From: Candidatus Peregrinibacteria bacterium
Lineage (GTDB): Bacteria; Patescibacteriota; Gracilibacteria; UBA1369
Length of the DNA: 64,000 bases
Assembly (NCBI GenBank): GCA_963708185.1
Contig: OY970195.1
Location: 736,001-800,000, forward strand
Direction: 5' to 3'
This document shows, in pieces, positions 9,628 to 20,053 of this stretch. The position numbers were made by a program, and so were the translations under genes. Each line of letters opens with the position of its first letter. The first letter of the stretch is position 1. The notes below the pieces were generated by a model that saw only the letters and a list, made by a program, of their open reading frames with translations, made no database searches and had not been told where the DNA came from.

Positions 9628-12067
9628 ATGCCTGTTTACAACGCCAAAGCCAACGAAAAAAAATGGCAGGAGCGATGGGAAGAAGCCAAACTCTACCAAA
9701 CCAACCTTGAGGACTTTTCGAAACCGAAATATTATAACCTGGTGATGTTTCCGTATCCGTCCGGAGACAAACTCCACATCGGACACTGGTACAACTACGC
9801 TCCAGCAGACTCCTGGGGACGTTATATGCGCATGCGCGGCGCGAACGTTTTTGAACCGCAGGGGTTTGATAGTTTTGGTCTGCCGGCTGAAAATTATGCG
9901 ATCAAAACGGGCGTTCACCCTACGGTGAGTATCACCCAAAATGTGGAATACATGCAGGAGCAGCTCCACAAGATGGGAACGATGTATGACTGGGACAAAA
10001 TGGTCGTGACGTCGGATCCGGTCTATTACCAGTGGACGCAGTGGATCTTTTTGCAGCTCTATAAAAAGGGACTGGCCTACCGCAAGAACGCCCCAGTGAA
10101 CTGGTGTCCGAACGATCAGACCGTTCTTGCAAACGAACAGGTCGTGGACGGACGATGCGAACGCTGTAAACACGAGGTAACGAAAAAAGATCTGACCCAG
10201 TGGTTCTTCAAAATTCGCGATTATGCCGAACGTCTGCTGAACTTTGAAAACTTGGACTGGCCGCAGAAAACCCGCCTGATGCAGGAGCACTGGATCGGTC
10301 GGAGCGAAGGCAGTGAGGTGGTTTTTGAACTGTGCGACACAGACGGCAACAAAACCGGTAAAGCGGTAACGGTTTTTACGACTCGCATCGATACGCTGTT
10401 TGGTGCCACCTACATGGTACTGGCGCCGGAGCATGAACTTGTCCTGCAGATCACCACGAAAGAACATAAAAAAAACGTCGAAGAGTACATTGAAAAAACC
10501 CGCAAAGAGACCGATATCGTGCGAAGTTCCGAAGATCGTGAGAAAACCGGGGTCATGACGGGTGCTTTTGCCATCAACCCGGTGAACGGCAACGTCATTC
10601 CCGTGTGGATCGCGGACTACGTGCTGGTTACCTACGGAACCGGAGCGGTGATGGCAGTTCCCGCGCACGATGAACGTGATTTTGCTTTTGCCAAAAAGTA
10701 CAAGCTGCCGGTGACCGAGGTTATTCAGCCAAAAACCGGCACAACAAAGCTACCAGCCGAAGCTTTTACGGAAGACGGCGTACTGACCAACTCTGAAAAG
10801 TTTGATGGACTGGATTCGGCGGATGCGAGAAAAAAAATCACTGAATTTTTGATGAACAAGAAAATCGGCGCAAAGGAACAGGCAGGAAAGTTCGTCGTCA
10901 ATTACAAACTGCGCGACTGGCTGGTTTCGCGCCAACGTTATTGGGGAAGCTCCGATCCCGATCATTTACTGCGAAAAGTGCGGCGAGGTGCCGGTGCCGG
11001 AAAAAGATCTTCCGGTGCGGTTGCCCAGCGACGTCGATTTCACGCCGAAAGGTGACGGTAAATCGCCGTTGAACACGGTGGAATCTTTCGTGCACGTCAA
11101 ATGCCCGGATTGCGGAGGAAAAGCCAAACGCGAAGTCGACACCATGGACACGTTCGTGGACTCGAGCTGGTATTTTTTACGCTATCCGTCGGCAAGAATG
11201 AATGAAAAACCTTTCGACAAAGACATGACCAAATACTGGCTGCCGGTGGATATGTACATTGGCGGGCCGGAGCATGCCTGCATGCATCTTCTGTACGCGC
11301 GCTTCATCACCATGGTGCTCCACGACATGAAATATATCACCTTCGACGAACCTTTCAGAAGGCTCGTGCACCAGGGCATGATCACCAAGGACGGGGCCAA
11401 GATGTCCAAATCCAAAGGCAACGTGGTGAGTCCGGATCAGTTCGTGGAAAAGTACGGCAGCGACGTCTTCCGTATGTACCTCATGTTCATGGGACCGTTC
11501 ACCGAAGGCGGCGACTGGAACGATCAGGGCATCACGGGCATCGCGCGTTTCGTGGAAAGGTTTTATCTTTTGATGCGGGCGAAGGACAAGGTCACAGACC
11601 GCGATGGACTTGTACGCGCCGTGCATAAAACGGTTAAAAAAGTCACGGAAGATATTGAACATTTTCATTTCAACACGGCCGTCGCGGCGTTGATGGAGTT
11701 CGTGAACACCGCCAACAAGACCGGCATCGACCGCGAAAGCCAGACAGTGATGACGAAATTAATTGCCCCGCTTGCGCCCCATCTGGCCGAACAGATATGG
11801 GAAGAGCTCGGAGAAACTTTCAGCATTTTCGATCATGAATGGCCGGCATACGATCCGGGGCTTATCCAGGAGACTTCATTGATTCTGCCGGTACAGGTCA
11901 ACGGAAAACTGCGCGGGCAGATCGAGGTTTCCGTCGATGCTTCCAAGGAGGACATTCTGGAGCTGGCAAAAAAAGAAGAAAATGCGGCAAGGTACCTTGA
12001 AGGAAAAACCCTCGTCAAAGAGATTTACGTGCCGGGAAAACTTGTGAGTTTGGTCGTGAAGGATTAA
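9628..12067 (+). CDS. leuS: Leucine--tRNA ligase, split by a +1 frameshift at 10947-10948
   Basis: MFPYPSG/HIGH, editing domain [35 protein letters not shown]; removing one A joins ORFs 9628-11055 and 10988-12067 into 812 aa. Confidence 0.95.
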
Positions 12068-12076
12068 AATATCCTC

Positions 12077-12847
12077 ATGCTTCAAAAGAAAAATAAAAAA
12101 AGTTTCACCGCACGCACGATGCATTCCGGTTTTACGCTCGCCGAGTTGATCCTCGTGGTCGCTCTCACCCTTTTTTTGCTGACCGTGACGGTGCAGGGGT
12201 TCGTGAACTCCGCTTCGCAGTTCACTTTTTCCAACGCTTCGGAGAGAGTTCAGGAGATGATCCGTTCCGCACGCAGTCTGGCCATCAGCGGGAAGGCGCA
12301 GCTGGACTATACCGATTTCGATAAAGACGGATGCTTTGACGATTCTTCGCTCAATGTTTCTCCGTGTGATTCTTCGGCACCTCCGGATTACGTGACCCCT
12401 GCGAATTACGGCATCAACTTCAGCAAAACGACACCGGGTGGCGTTGACACCTATACCGTCACGCTTTTCGCCGACCTCCATGCCAACCCGTCTTGCGCTT
12501 CGGGTTGCGGACAGGAAGGCGTCTATGACTCCGGAAGCGGGCTGGCGGATTACCGGAACGGAAAAGACGTTATTCTGGATCAGTATGTCCTGCCCAACGG
12601 GATAGTCTTTGCTTTTCCGGGAACCGGGAACAACGACGCCACAATTTTCTACTCACCTATTTTCGCCGACGCGAGTTTCAAAGTCGGGACATCTCCGGTA
12701 TTACCCGAAGACCCGTTCTTTACGTTCGGCGTTTCCCAGATGCAGGGGACGATTCTCCGCAAACGCTGTTATGAAATCCATAAACTCGCGGGTATCAGCG
12801 AACCGATGACAGCCACCCCGACAACCAATCCCGCAAAATGTCCTTAA
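12077..12847 (+). CDS. Type IV pilin-like/pseudopilin protein
   Basis: Basic leader, G|FTLAE prepilin cleavage site, hydrophobic helix. Confidence 0.8.
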   Translation: MLQKKNKKSFTARTMHSGFTLAELILVVALTLFLLTVTVQGFVNSASQFTFSNASERVQEMIRSARSLAISGKAQLDYTDFDKDGCFDDSSLNVSPCDSSAPPDYVTPANYGINFSKTTPGGVDTYTVTLFADLHANPSCASGCGQEGVYDSGSGLADYRNGKDVILDQYVLPNGIVFAFPGTGNNDATIFYSPIFADASFKVGTSPVLPEDPFFTFGVSQMQGTILRKRCYEIHKLAGISEPMTATPTTNPAKCP

Positions 12848-12855
12848 CCCACGCC

Positions 12856-13584
12856 ATGTCTCAACGTTACCGAAAAACCGGACTGAAAAAAGCCGAATCG
12901 CTCGTGGAAGTGATCATGGCTATTTTTGTGGTGGCGCTCGGTTCAGGCGTTGCGACTTCCCTGATTATTTCGGCACTCCAGGCCAACGAATTCAGCCGTG
13001 ACAACCTTGTGGCTCTGAACCTTGCGGTCGAAGGCATCGAGGTCATGAGGGACATCCGTGATGCCGACTGGCTCAAGTTCAGTTACGATAAAGAAAACTG
13101 CTGGAACATGAGGCCCGATACTCCGGCGGATAAACCTTGCACCGATGCGGCGGCCAAACCCATCGAAGCGACCGACAGCAACTCCGGGTATACCATTACG
13201 CCAAGTCCGTGGGGGTGGGTCCTTCCGGACGCTCCGATCGGCTCAGCGCTGGATCTGAGCAGCAGCGGTTCAGGAAACGACCCATATCAGCTCGGGTATT
13301 ACGATATGGATACGGGCGTTGACAGCGACGGTAACGGTGACGCCAGTCACGATCATGATGTTATCATTACGAAAGGCATCACGGTTTCCCCTCCCATGGC
13401 CGCCAGCGGAGATACAATTTTCTACCGCATGATCCAGGTCGAATACCCCTCATGCTCGACTTTCCCCCACTGTGAATCTATGAACATCGTTTCCACCGTT
13501 CAGTGGAGGGCACAAGGGGTAGCGCACCAGGTTGTCCTGACGACACATCTTACCAATTATCAAAAAGTTAAAGTTCAAGCATGA
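12856..13584 (+). CDS. Type IV pilin-like protein (PilV-like minor pilin, non-canonical cleavage site)
   Basis: KKA|ESLVEVIMAIFVV, A.NLA.EGIEVMR minor pilin pattern; alternative start 12838. Confidence 0.75.
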   Translation: MSQRYRKTGLKKAESLVEVIMAIFVVALGSGVATSLIISALQANEFSRDNLVALNLAVEGIEVMRDIRDADWLKFSYDKENCWNMRPDTPADKPCTDAAAKPIEATDSNSGYTITPSPWGWVLPDAPIGSALDLSSSGSGNDPYQLGYYDMDTGVDSDGNGDASHDHDVIITKGITVSPPMAASGDTIFYRMIQVEYPSCSTFPHCESMNIVSTVQWRAQGVAHQVVLTTHLTNYQKVKVQA

Positions 13585-14741
13585 TCCGATCCTTCCTCTC
13601 CCATCGCGACAAAAAAAATTCACGCACACAATGTGAAGGTTTCACCTTGGTCGAAGTGTTGATCGCCGCAACCATTTTCACGATCGTAAGTCTGATCGCC
13701 ATTACGGTTTTCGTGAACGTCATCCGCATCCAGCGCAGGGTCCAGCTGGAAAACGCCATCTACGAAGACGCCCGCGTGATGATGGAACGCATCGCCCGTG
13801 AAATACGTCAGAATACCGTCGACTACGAAGAGTATTACAATAAGGCGATGGCGCAGGACGTCGGGTTTGTTTCTTTACCGGGCTTAAATAATACCAACCC
13901 GTACGGCAACCGTTACGGCTGCTATGCCCAGCGGTTCTACAACCCCGGAAGCGACAATGCTTTCGGCGCGCAATGCAGCGACGGGAACACTCCTGCAACC
14001 GAACCGGGGTGCATCATCGACAAGACTTCCCTCGACATCAACACAGGGCAGAACCCTTACGCCGGCACAGGACAGGCGAATACCGACGTCAGTGACGCCA
14101 ATGCTTTCTGCGACCTTAATTTTGCAGGTTCGGTTGATCCTTCCTGCGGACAACCTGGTGACGTCGACCACAGCCTTCAGAGTGAACTGTATTTGATCAA
14201 CGCTTCCGGTACGGGAAAAACCATCCTTGCCAGGAAAACCATCACCGCCGACGGAGAAAATTCGCTGGCGCTGTTAAAACTCACGGGCCAGGACCAGGAT
14301 CAGGACGGTGTTGATGAAGTCTGGAGGGACTGCGACACTTCACTCCCTCCAAATAATCAGTTCTGCTGTGCTCAAGGGTTCGATTGTTCAGCTTTGGATC
14401 TCACGACCGATTCCCTTGAAAATACGTTGAGTTACAACGCTTCGAACAATTACATCGGTTTTGTTCCGATCAGCCCGAGCAGGACGGATATCACTTCCCT
14501 TAAATTCTACGTCGATCCTCTGGAAGATCCGCGAAAGGCTTTTGCCGAAACCGATCCGACGCAGGGCATCCAGCAGCAACCGCATGTGACCGTTGTGCTT
14601 ACCGTGCAGCCTTCTAAAGCCTCCTTGTCCGGTTTCAACGGCGACGTTCCCACCGTCACACTTCAAACAACCGTCACCAGTCGCGTGTACAACGAAGTGA
14701 AGAGCTATTATCCCAACGATAATCTTTGCGCGGCTTACTGA
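13581..14741 (+). CDS. Type IV pilin-like protein (PilW/PulJ-like)
   Basis: EG|FTLVEVLIAATIF, MERIAREIR, C-terminal LQTTVTSR. Confidence 0.8.
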   Translation: MIRSFLSHRDKKNSRTQCEGFTLVEVLIAATIFTIVSLIAITVFVNVIRIQRRVQLENAIYEDARVMMERIAREIRQNTVDYEEYYNKAMAQDVGFVSLPGLNNTNPYGNRYGCYAQRFYNPGSDNAFGAQCSDGNTPATEPGCIIDKTSLDINTGQNPYAGTGQANTDVSDANAFCDLNFAGSVDPSCGQPGDVDHSLQSELYLINASGTGKTILARKTITADGENSLALLKLTGQDQDQDGVDEVWRDCDTSLPPNNQFCCAQGFDCSALDLTTDSLENTLSYNASNNYIGFVPISPSRTDITSLKFYVDPLEDPRKAFAETDPTQGIQQQPHVTVVLTVQPSKASLSGFNGDVPTVTLQTTVTSRVYNEVKSYYPNDNLCAAY

Positions 14742-15418
14742 TCATTATGTTTTGCGCGCGGTTCCGGTCCCAACATGATGACGAACTCCCCTTTCGGGGT
14801 TTTCTTTTGGAAGTGTTCCAGCGCCTGGCCCGGGGTTCCCCTGAAAAATTCTTCGTAGATCTTGGTGAGTTCGCGGGCGACGACCATCTGCCTTTGGGGA
14901 AATTTTTCGGCGAATTCGGAAAGGGTTTTGAGAAGTCGGTGGGGTGATTCATAAAAAACGATCGTTCGTTGTTCATCGTGGAAGGTATCCAGCAAGGTCT
15001 GGCGTCCTTTTTTCATTGGGAGGAAACCGAGGTAGAGAAACTGATGCGTCGGCAGACCGGAAGCGCTGAGTGCAGCCAAAAATGCCGATGGTCCCGGAAT
15101 TGGAACCACCGTGACGCCGTTTTCGATGGCTGCTTTCACGAGCACGTACCCCGGGTCGGAAATTCCCGGCGTTCCGGCATCGGAAACCAGAGCGATCTCT
15201 TTTCCTTCTTTGAGCAGATCCAGAAGTTGGGTAAGTTTCCTTTCATCGCTCCAGGCATGAAAGCTGATGGTCGGTTTGTCGATTTCGTACTTTTTGAGAA
15301 GTATCTGGACATGACGGGTATCTTCCGCGGCAATGTAGTCCACCTCTTTCAGCGTGTTTATGGCGCGGAGCGTAATGTCTTCGAGATTACCGATTGGGGT
15401 GGCGACAATGTAAAGCAC
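14735..15418 (-). CDS. rsmI: 16S rRNA C1402 2'-O-methyltransferase
   Basis: LYIVATPIGNLEDIT, AEDTR, SDAGTPGISDPG, YESPHR, RELTKIYEE. Confidence 0.96.
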   Translation of the reverse strand: MLYIVATPIGNLEDITLRAINTLKEVDYIAAEDTRHVQILLKKYEIDKPTISFHAWSDERKLTQLLDLLKEGKEIALVSDAGTPGISDPGYVLVKAAIENGVTVVPIPGPSAFLAALSASGLPTHQFLYLGFLPMKKGRQTLLDTFHDEQRTIVFYESPHRLLKTLSEFAEKFPQRQMVVARELTKIYEEFFRGTPGQALEHFQKKTPKGEFVIMLGPEPRAKHNDQ

Positions 15419-15424
15419 CGTGAA

Positions 15425-16132
15425 TTAATAATGGGTTACTTTTGTGGATTTTGGGATCTTCGTGGTAAAAACCTCCTTTTTGCTTTTGGTGATATGAGGC
15501 TTTTGAAGATAAAGCGGCTTGATGAATTTCGATTTTCTTTTGGCGGTTTTTGCGATTTCGACAACCGTTTTCCCGAAGGTTTTCAACTCGCTTTCCTTGA
15601 TCAATCTGGCGGCGGACTTTTCTTCCGAAAGCCTTTTCCTGAGTTTTTTAAGGTCCTCCGCTCCAAGGTCCGCCAACACATACTTCGTCCGGAATTTTTT
15701 CAGGAACTTTCCAAGCTCATCCATCGGGATCAGTTTGTTTTTTGATGCCTTCGGCGCGAGTACTGCGACACGATCGCCGCCGCCCTTGATGACGATCGCG
15801 GTGCCCTTTTGAAATTTGGGCGGGAGTTGTGCAGTGAGAAAACGAAAAACATCCGCAGATTTCAAAGCGGCATGAAGAGTCCAGGCAAGGACGTTCGCCG
15901 TCGTAATTCCGATGCGCAATCCGGTAAAAGGGCCGGGGCCGTTGACGACGAAGAGTTCTCCGATCTCTTGCCATTGCTTGCCGGATTTTTTCAGAAGCAT
16001 TTCGATGGCGGGAAGGATTTTTCCGGCTTCGTCCTTCTTACTCGTCCAGGTTTTTTCCGCCAGCACTTTCCCGGCGGCCACAAGCGCCACCCCCGTGCGG
16101 TTGGTCGCCGAATTCAGGGCTAAGGTCAACAT
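15425..16132 (-). CDS. tsaB: tRNA t6A biosynthesis protein TsaB
   Basis: GPGPFTGLRIG motif, C-terminal PLYL. Confidence 0.85.
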   Translation of the reverse strand: MLTLALNSATNRTGVALVAAGKVLAEKTWTSKKDEAGKILPAIEMLLKKSGKQWQEIGELFVVNGPGPFTGLRIGITTANVLAWTLHAALKSADVFRFLTAQLPPKFQKGTAIVIKGGGDRVAVLAPKASKNKLIPMDELGKFLKKFRTKYVLADLGAEDLKKLRKRLSEEKSAARLIKESELKTFGKTVVEIAKTAKRKSKFIKPLYLQKPHITKSKKEVFTTKIPKSTKVTHY

Positions 16133-16195
16133 ACCGATCGTTAAAAGTTCGGTGGTATTATAGACGATAATGGAACAGCGGCAAGGAAAGCCTTC

Positions 16196-16489
16196 CTAGT
16201 TTTTCTTCCGCTTGTTGTGGTGTTGCGTGATGATTTTTATGCGTTTCTTCTGAAGACTTAGCGTTGTCCTTTGCAGGTCATGGATCAGGTCGTTGAGCTC
16301 ATCCAGTGAAACGTTCTCATCTTTTTTGACGTATTGCAAAAGCTGTTCGCAGACCTTGTCGTACAGCTGACGGTCAGCTTTCTTGAGATCACGGATGGTG
16401 ATCTCAAGACGCATGAAGCGGCCCTGTTTTTTGTTTTTCTTTTTGTGACCGCGCTTTCCCGGCTGTTCCTGCGGAATCGGCTTGAGCAT
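16196..16489 (-). CDS. Small basic hypothetical protein
   Basis: 97-aa ORF co-oriented with neighbours; no recognised motif. Confidence 0.55.
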   Translation of the reverse strand: MLKPIPQEQPGKRGHKKKNKKQGRFMRLEITIRDLKKADRQLYDKVCEQLLQYVKKDENVSLDELNDLIHDLQRTTLSLQKKRIKIITQHHNKRKKN

Positions 16490-16530
16490 AAATAATTTTA
16501 ATTTTTGTTTTGTTTTTTGTGATGAGCGGA

Positions 16531-19500
16531 TCAGAGCTTCTGGATGGCTACCCCCTGGTAGTAGTATTTAATGATGTCCTGATAGGTCTTCCCGGCGTTG
16601 GCCATACCAAGTGAACCGCAACCGCTTAACCCAACTCCGTGGCCAGACAGGACCATCCCCGTGCAGTACGGATCGGGAACGCTGATGAGGTACGGGGTGT
16701 CTTTCCATCCCCATACTTCCTCTGCGCTGCGGGTTCTTCCGTCATCCGAGCTGAAGTACGGCGTCTTGATGAGTTTTCCAAGGTACGTCACGACTTCACC
16801 CGTGGTATCGGCGATGGCCTTGAGCGTATTGGGTGAGTACTGTTCCGCGGCAAACCCAACGTACTTTTGAGATGTTTCCGGATCATCGGTCAGGTTGTAC
16901 GGTGCGCCCGGGAACTTTGCGGCCTGCTGAACGTAAAAAAGAGCATAGGTCCTGGACACGACGATAATGGCTTTCAGTTTTTCGAAAGGCTGCGAATCCT
17001 TGGTCTCGCCGGTTCCCTTGAGATAGTCCTCGATCGGCAGTTCATTGATGGTGACGAGTTTATTGTTATACCAGTGAGGTTCCAAAACGCCCCTGAATTT
17101 ATTGTAGACGATGGCGGCGTTTCCAGCTGACGGACGGTTCCAGTTCTGGATCTGGAGGATCGTGCCTTCATCCGGCGTGATACGCGGAGCGATCGTCGAG
17201 GTAAGTGTCTGGGTCTGAGTTTTGATGACGTACTGGTTATTTTCGAAACTCACCGTCGCCGTCTGGTTTGCGGTTAAACGAGCCAAAACTTTGCCGGCTG
17301 CTTCAATGTGAAAAGCTCCGTTTCCGGTGATGACCGGATTGTCGTTGAAACCCAAGGCAATCCTGATCTTCGCGGCGACGGTCGCGGGCTGCGTTGATGG
17401 TTGAGTGGAAGGCTGTGCGGGAACTGCAATCGCGTTTTTGGTAACGTTCATGTAGTAGTTCCTTGCCTGTGGAAGGATATAATTTGAACCGATTTTCGGC
17501 TTGATCTGGACAAGATAGAATCCAAGCGACGCGGGCACGTTAAGGGTGAAACTTATGTGGGCCGTTTCGCCGGGGGCCACATGATCCTGCTGCATGGCGA
17601 GGTTTTCGATTTTCACGTTTTGGGTGTTTTTGATATCGAAGTTGAGGTTATTGTCCCCCGTCTTGTTCCAGACAACGCCACCCGTGTTCATGACATCGAA
17701 CCAGACCGTTTTCTTTTCTCCCGGCGCAAAGGATTTTTCGGTACTTGTTCCGACGACTTTGCCTTCAAACTCTTTCTTGTAGACGTAGATGTCGAGATGG
17801 TTGTTCTTGTTTTCCATCCATGTGATGGCTTCTATGACCGGGCTGTAAAATTCGCGGTACGGACCGGTCTGGGTCGGGCCTTTGGTCGTGAAGGTCACGT
17901 GACCCGTTTCGCCCGGTTTCACTTCGTTTTCCTTCAGCAAACCGAGTCGGTTCGAAGGATTCAGCAAAAGTTTGTTGGTGTGGTCGCGGGGCTGGTCGGC
18001 ACCGAGTGAGAAATGGTTTTTTCCGGTGCGTTCCCATGTGGTGTTTCCAGTATTTTTGAAAGCGATCGTGACCTGGGCCTGTTCCCCGACTTTCAGGTAA
18101 GATTTCGTAAGCGTCACTCCCGTAACCTGGTAATCAAATATTGCCGGTTTGATCAGCACAGGCATGCTCAAATATTTTTCAACTTTGATGATCCCGTTGA
18201 CCATCGGGAACACTTCCAGGGCGGTAAATCCTCCCTTGTAGCCGGCCTGCACGCTGATCTTGAAGACTGCGCTTTGCCCCGGGGGTATGTCCCTGCCCGT
18301 GGCGCTGGATTTTACCAACCCACCGGTCACGAAAAAGTTGTTGGCATTGGCGTCACGGTTCATGATGATGTACGTGTTTTTATTCCAGGTGCTCGGACCC
18401 GTGTTTTTCAACGTTATGACGAGATCCTTTTGTTCCCCGGGATTAAATTCGAAGAGCGGAATGTCTTGTCCGATCTGAAAATCGTTTTGCTGATTTACCG
18501 CAAGATTCTGGCCTCGGTTGATGATCAACGGTTTGAAGCCGGTCTTCGCGGCGAGCCGGATGGCCGGAAGCTGGGCGTAAAGTTTATCTCCCGGGCAGCT
18601 TGTGGACATGATGTCGCGGTGTCCCATGATATTGGGAAGGTTCTGCCCGCGGAACATCGAATTTCCGGTCGGGTCGATGTTGTACTGCTGGGTCTTTGCA
18701 CGAATAAGTGCCACGAGGGAATGGATGACCGGTTCTGGAACATCATTGTCCTGGTAGTTTCCGAGCACCGCTATCCCGATTGAACCGATATTGCCCGGTC
18801 CGGCGTGCGCGCCGACGACACCGTCGCCCCCGGCGCGGCCTTCATAAATATTTCCCTGCTGGTCGATGATGTAGTTGTACCCGATGTCTCCCCAGCCTCG
18901 GGTAATGGTATGGAAATAGTAAATATCCCTGATCGCTTTCATGGGATCCTGGAGGTCCTGTGTGCTTGCGGTGTGATGGATGATGATTTTCGTGACTTTC
19001 GCGGGGTACTGTTCGGGCCAGGTCAGGGTGTTCCCTTGGGCGTCCGTCGCAACGGTTTTGACGATCTTCAGTTCGTCGGCATATTTCTTGAGATAATCGT
19101 CGGGTTCGCTGATGACCAATGAAGGCGCCGGATTCGAGGATTTATAGACACGGAGACTTTCATCCGCTCCCCATTCGGCCCTGGAAATGATGTGAATGCC
19201 GTTGAGGCTTGTATCAAGTGCCACTTTGTCTGAAGTCGTGGTCGAGGAAGTCGGAGGCATGGCCGCGAACATGATACTGTTTTTTTGCAGACTTGTGTCG
19301 CTGTTCGAAGTATTGATGTACGTAAACTTCAGGTTCTGGACCACGGGACTCAAACCTCCCTGTTCACCCTCAAGTAAAACTTTATACTGGAAGGTTTGTG
19401 TCGGATTGACGGGGATGAACGATGTAGGATGCATCGGATCTGCTTCCTCTTTCCCATCAATGCTCGGCTCCAAAAGGTACCAGTCCGACCATTTCCCGTT

Positions 19501-19746
19501 TTCCTGAAAACGCACCGACACTTCGGCCGTGCTGTTTTGAGGAAGCTGCTGATCCCAGCTCACTCCGAGTCCGGTGAACGTCATCGGCGCCGTTTTTTCA
19601 GGAGAAAGGAAGGTCGATGTTTTGAGAGTCGAAGGGTCCGGAAGGGTCTGGGCCGCAACCAGCACGGGGCTGATGAGGATTCCAATGGATAAAAGCAAAG
19701 ATATCAGAAGTTTTTTTACTGGAACGTTTGCGGAAAATTTCTTCAT
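16531..19746 (-). CDS. Secreted peptidoglycan hydrolase: Amidase_2 + repeated Ig-like domains + SpoIID/LytB domain
   Basis: Signal peptide; ISRAEWGA, IIIHHT, WGDIGYN, GAHA, GHRD, TSCPG amidase motifs; three (L/F)KNTG-type Ig repeats; INELPIEDYLKG, RTYA, GHGVGLS SpoIID motifs; ATG 19746. Confidence 0.88.
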   Translation of the reverse strand: MKKFSANVPVKKLLISLLLSIGILISPVLVAAQTLPDPSTLKTSTFLSPEKTAPMTFTGLGVSWDQQLPQNSTAEVSVRFQENGKWSDWYLLEPSIDGKEEADPMHPTSFIPVNPTQTFQYKVLLEGEQGGLSPVVQNLKFTYINTSNSDTSLQKNSIMFAAMPPTSSTTTSDKVALDTSLNGIHIISRAEWGADESLRVYKSSNPAPSLVISEPDDYLKKYADELKIVKTVATDAQGNTLTWPEQYPAKVTKIIIHHTASTQDLQDPMKAIRDIYYFHTITRGWGDIGYNYIIDQQGNIYEGRAGGDGVVGAHAGPGNIGSIGIAVLGNYQDNDVPEPVIHSLVALIRAKTQQYNIDPTGNSMFRGQNLPNIMGHRDIMSTSCPGDKLYAQLPAIRLAAKTGFKPLIINRGQNLAVNQQNDFQIGQDIPLFEFNPGEQKDLVITLKNTGPSTWNKNTYIIMNRDANANNFFVTGGLVKSSATGRDIPPGQSAVFKISVQAGYKGGFTALEVFPMVNGIIKVEKYLSMPVLIKPAIFDYQVTGVTLTKSYLKVGEQAQVTIAFKNTGNTTWERTGKNHFSLGADQPRDHTNKLLLNPSNRLGLLKENEVKPGETGHVTFTTKGPTQTGPYREFYSPVIEAITWMENKNNHLDIYVYKKEFEGKVVGTSTEKSFAPGEKKTVWFDVMNTGGVVWNKTGDNNLNFDIKNTQNVKIENLAMQQDHVAPGETAHISFTLNVPASLGFYLVQIKPKIGSNYILPQARNYYMNVTKNAIAVPAQPSTQPSTQPATVAAKIRIALGFNDNPVITGNGAFHIEAAGKVLARLTANQTATVSFENNQYVIKTQTQTLTSTIAPRITPDEGTILQIQNWNRPSAGNAAIVYNKFRGVLEPHWYNNKLVTINELPIEDYLKGTGETKDSQPFEKLKAIIVVSRTYALFYVQQAAKFPGAPYNLTDDPETSQKYVGFAAEQYSPNTLKAIADTTGEVVTYLGKLIKTPYFSSDDGRTRSAEEVWGWKDTPYLISVPDPYCTGMVLSGHGVGLSGCGSLGMANAGKTYQDIIKYYYQGVAIQKL

Positions 19747-20053
19747 AAATGCTTGATTGATTATCGAACAATAAACGTTTCTTTTTTTATAACTGATATA
19801 TCTGCAAATTATATCACTTTTCGACGTGACATTCAATGGTTTTATGGCTTAAAAAAGCCATGATTGTTTACTTAACCTTTTCTTGTTGTATAATCAACAT
19901 CACGTCTGGCTTTTACCGTTTGCATTTTGAGATAAAAAGAGTAATATTGAGCCGTTTTCGGAGGCTTTCCTCCTTACTCTCTTTCACTTGCGTTCCATTT
20001 TCACTCTTTTCACTCTCCACCGACGGGGGGTTTCATGTAGTTAGTCACTCACA

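Noticed and set aside
9475-10668. Long antisense ORFs (397 aa here; also 23728-24780, 27054-28115, 31345-32382)
   Set aside because: Shadow frames opposite well-supported genes (leuS, PBP, nadA, dipZ) with no motifs of their own
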